A DNA stretch of 64,000 nucleotides, taken from an uncultured delta proteobacterium. Its GTDB lineage: Bacteria; Myxococcota_A; Polyangia; Polyangiales; Polyangiaceae. A program made the position numbers and the translations under genes. The stretch covers positions 1 to 64,000 of the forward strand of contig CAWJCS010000006.1 in the NCBI GenBank assembly GCA_963841435.1, given 5' to 3'. Of this stretch, positions 61,969-64,000 are shown piece after piece; position 1 is the stretch's first letter; every line of letters starts with the position of its first letter. The notes beneath the pieces are model-generated. The model was not told the origin of the DNA. It saw nothing but the letters and a program-made list of their open reading frames with translations, and did not search any database.

Positions 61969-64000
61969 ATGCCTTCTCACCTTACCCGTGACAGCTGGTC
62001 GCCCAGCACTGGCGACGTGGCGGCCTCCCCGCGTCGCCGGCGCATTGCGGTGCTGATCGACAACATCGACCACGTGAGTGGCGGCTACGAGCCCCAGCTC
62101 CGGGCGGCATTCGACGCCGCGTGCCAGGCTCGGGACCTCGAGCTCGTGATCGTCGTCGGCCGGCCATTCGACGACCCGGAGCCCGCGAGCGCGGTCCAGA
62201 ACCGGATCTTCGACCTTCTGACGGCAACGTCCGCCGACGGCGTGATCTTCCTCGCGGCCGGGCTCGCGGCCTTTTCGGGCACAGGGCGCCTCGCGGAGCT
62301 GCACGAGCGCCTTTCGCCCATGGTCGCCTGCAGCATCGGCGCCGAGGTCCCGGGTGTCCCGAGCGTGCTCGTCGACAACCGCCCCGGGATGGACCGGCTC
62401 TTCGACCACGTGATCGGCGTCCATGGGCGCCGGCGCGTCGCGTTCATCGCGGGCGCCCCGAAGAACCCGGACGCCGAGGCGCGACTGCACGCCTACCGCG
62501 ACGCGCTCGCGCGGCACCACATCCCCTACGACCCGCGGCTCGTCGGCTACGGCAACTTCAATACACCCGCGGGCGCTCGCGTCGCGCTCGAGATCCTCGA
62601 CGGCGGCGCCTCGTTCGACGCTCTCGTCGTCAGCAATGACGCCATGGCGCTTTCCGCCATCGAGGCGCTCAAGGGGCGCGGCTTGCGCATCCCACGCGAC
62701 ATCGCGGTGACCGGATTCGACGACCTCGTCCTCGCGCGCCTCGCGAGCCCGCCGCTCACCTCGGTGAGACAGCCGCTCGAGCGCATGGGAGCGCTCGCCG
62801 TCGAGTTGATCGTCGAGCAGCTCTCGGGCCGCCCCGTGCCGGCGCGCTTGTTCCTGCCCGTGGAGTTCGTGGTGCGGGAATCGTGCGGCTGCAGCTCGCG
62901 GTTGATCGGGCCTGCTCCGCCGACGGCTTCCACCTCGGGAGGGCCGCGCGTGCTCGACCGCGACGCGCTCGCGCGCAGCGTGGCCGAGCACGCACTCGAG
63001 CCGATCGATGGTTCGTCGGCGTGGATCGCCCGGCTCATCGAGGGCATCGAGGTCGAGCTCGCTGGCACCACCGGTGAGTTCCTGTTCGTGCTTCAGGACG
63101 TGCTCGACGAGATCGGCAACCTCGACGCGGTCTGCGAGAAGCTCCAGCGTGCGGTCGAGGCACTGCGCGACGCCCTCTTGGTGCCCGAGCTCGACGCCTC
63201 GTGGGTCGCCGCGCGAGGCGCGATCGATGCGGCGACCGCACGCCACCAAGCGCGCGAGCGGCTCGCCATCGACGTGGTCTTCCAAGGGCTCCTCCACAGC
63301 GCCGAGCGGCTCGCCACGGCGTCGCTCGAGCCGGAGCGTCTACCCCAGGTCATCGCCGAAGAGATGCTCAGGATGCGGCACAAAAACGTGGCGATTTCGC
63401 TCTACGCCGACGAGCGGCAGGTGGAGCTCTCGCCGCTTCTTTGGCTTCACGAGGGTCGCGCCGTCGAGCCCGAGACGGCGTTCTTCGCTGCCAGCGAGCT
63501 CATCCCACCCGAGGCGCGCGATCGCCGTCGCAGCTGGTTCGTGCTGCCGCTCACCGTCGAGCTCGAGCAGCTCGGCGTGGCGGCGTTCGAGCTCGGGCCC
63601 GGAGTCGTGATGTACGAGATGCTGCGGGGGCAGATCAGCACCGCTCTGAAGACCGCGGCGCTCCATCGCGAAATCGTGCGCACGACGAAGCTGCACGAGC
63701 GCAGTGTCCAGGAGCGCCTCGCGACCGCCGAGCGCATGAACTCGCTGAGTGTGCTCGCGGGCGGCGTCGCGCACGATCTCAACAACGCGCTCGGCCCCCT
63801 CGTCATGCTTCCCGACATGATTCTCGGCCAGATCGAGGACCTGCGGAGCGGGCGTCTTACGGACGACAGCGACCTGCTGCTGGACGTCCGCACCATCAAG
63901 TCCTCCGCGTCGCGCGCCGCGCAGACCATCAAGGACCTCCTTTTGATCGGGCGGCCCGGGCCCACGGCCAAGGAACCGCTCGAGCTCGGTCGAGCGGTTT
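61969..64000 (+). CDS. Sensor histidine kinase with N-terminal LacI-type sugar-binding domain (runs off the right edge)
   Basis: Not in the ORF track because no stop lies in the window. VLVDNRPG, RRVAFIAG, NDAMALSAIEAL...IPRDIAVTGFDD...PPLTSVRQP; H-box LAGGVAHDLNN at ~63750-63790 in the same frame. Confidence 0.88.
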   Translation, partial: MPSHLTRDSWSPSTGDVAASPRRRRIAVLIDNIDHVSGGYEPQLRAAFDAACQARDLELVIVVGRPFDDPEPASAVQNRIFDLLTATSADGVIFLAAGLAAFSGTGRLAELHERLSPMVACSIGAEVPGVPSVLVDNRPGMDRLFDHVIGVHGRRRVAFIAGAPKNPDAEARLHAYRDALARHHIPYDPRLVGYGNFNTPAGARVALEILDGGASFDALVVSNDAMALSAIEALKGRGLRIPRDIAVTGFDDLVLARLASPPLTSVRQPLERMGALAVELIVEQLSGRPVPARLFLPVEFVVRESCGCSSRLIGPAPPTASTSGGPRVLDRDALARSVAEHALEPIDGSSAWIARLIEGIEVELAGTTGEFLFVLQDVLDEIGNLDAVCEKLQRAVEALRDALLVPELDASWVAARGAIDAATARHQARERLAIDVVFQGLLHSAERLATASLEPERLPQVIAEEMLRMRHKNVAISLYADERQVELSPLLWLHEGRAVEPETAFFAASELIPPEARDRRRSWFVLPLTVELEQLGVAAFELGPGVVMYEMLRGQISTALKTAALHREIVRTTKLHERSVQERLATAERMNSLSVLAGGVAHDLNNALGPLVMLPDMILGQIEDLRSGRLTDDSDLLLDVRTIKSSASRAAQTIKDLLLIGRPGPTAKEPLELGRAV

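Overview
High-GC bacterial DNA whose gene repertoire suggests Myxococcota, probably Polyangiales: Ser/Thr kinases, Cys-rich repeats, Gly-linker lipoproteins and a LacI-sensor histidine kinase. This assignment is an inference. From left to right the window holds: (1) the 5' part (>1,800 codons, absent from the ORF track) of a giant lipoprotein fusing adhesin-like and Cys-rich modules to an SpvB/FG-GAP/TcdB-mid (TcB/Rhs-type) toxin shell; (2) a collapsed toxin-antitoxin remnant, an AI-2E transporter, an L,D-transpeptidase, mutH, an extensin-like peptidase, truD and a PP2C phosphatase; (3) a patatin-diguanylate cyclase-flavin halogenase-like run and a cytochrome c peroxidase; (4) leuB and an ilvB-ilvN-leuA-cimA operon led by a clear Val/Leu/Ile leader-peptide attenuator; (5) an ArsR-SRPBCC module with two matching operator palindromes; (6) six further lipoproteins with long Gly/Ser/Ala linkers carrying polysaccharide-type domains; (7) ppc, an MFS transporter, a B12 radical SAM gene coupled to tsaA, and a degenerate histidine kinase; (8) a complete guanidine-assimilation locus (ABC transporter, CgdAB, guanidine/urea carboxylase, allophanate hydrolase) with an internal guanidine-II riboswitch that has an unusually long, structured linker. 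About nine single-base indels interrupt otherwise intact genes, most likely long-read consensus errors. No rRNA, tRNA, CRISPR array or transposase was recognised. All family calls come from motif recognition by eye; no database searches were run.
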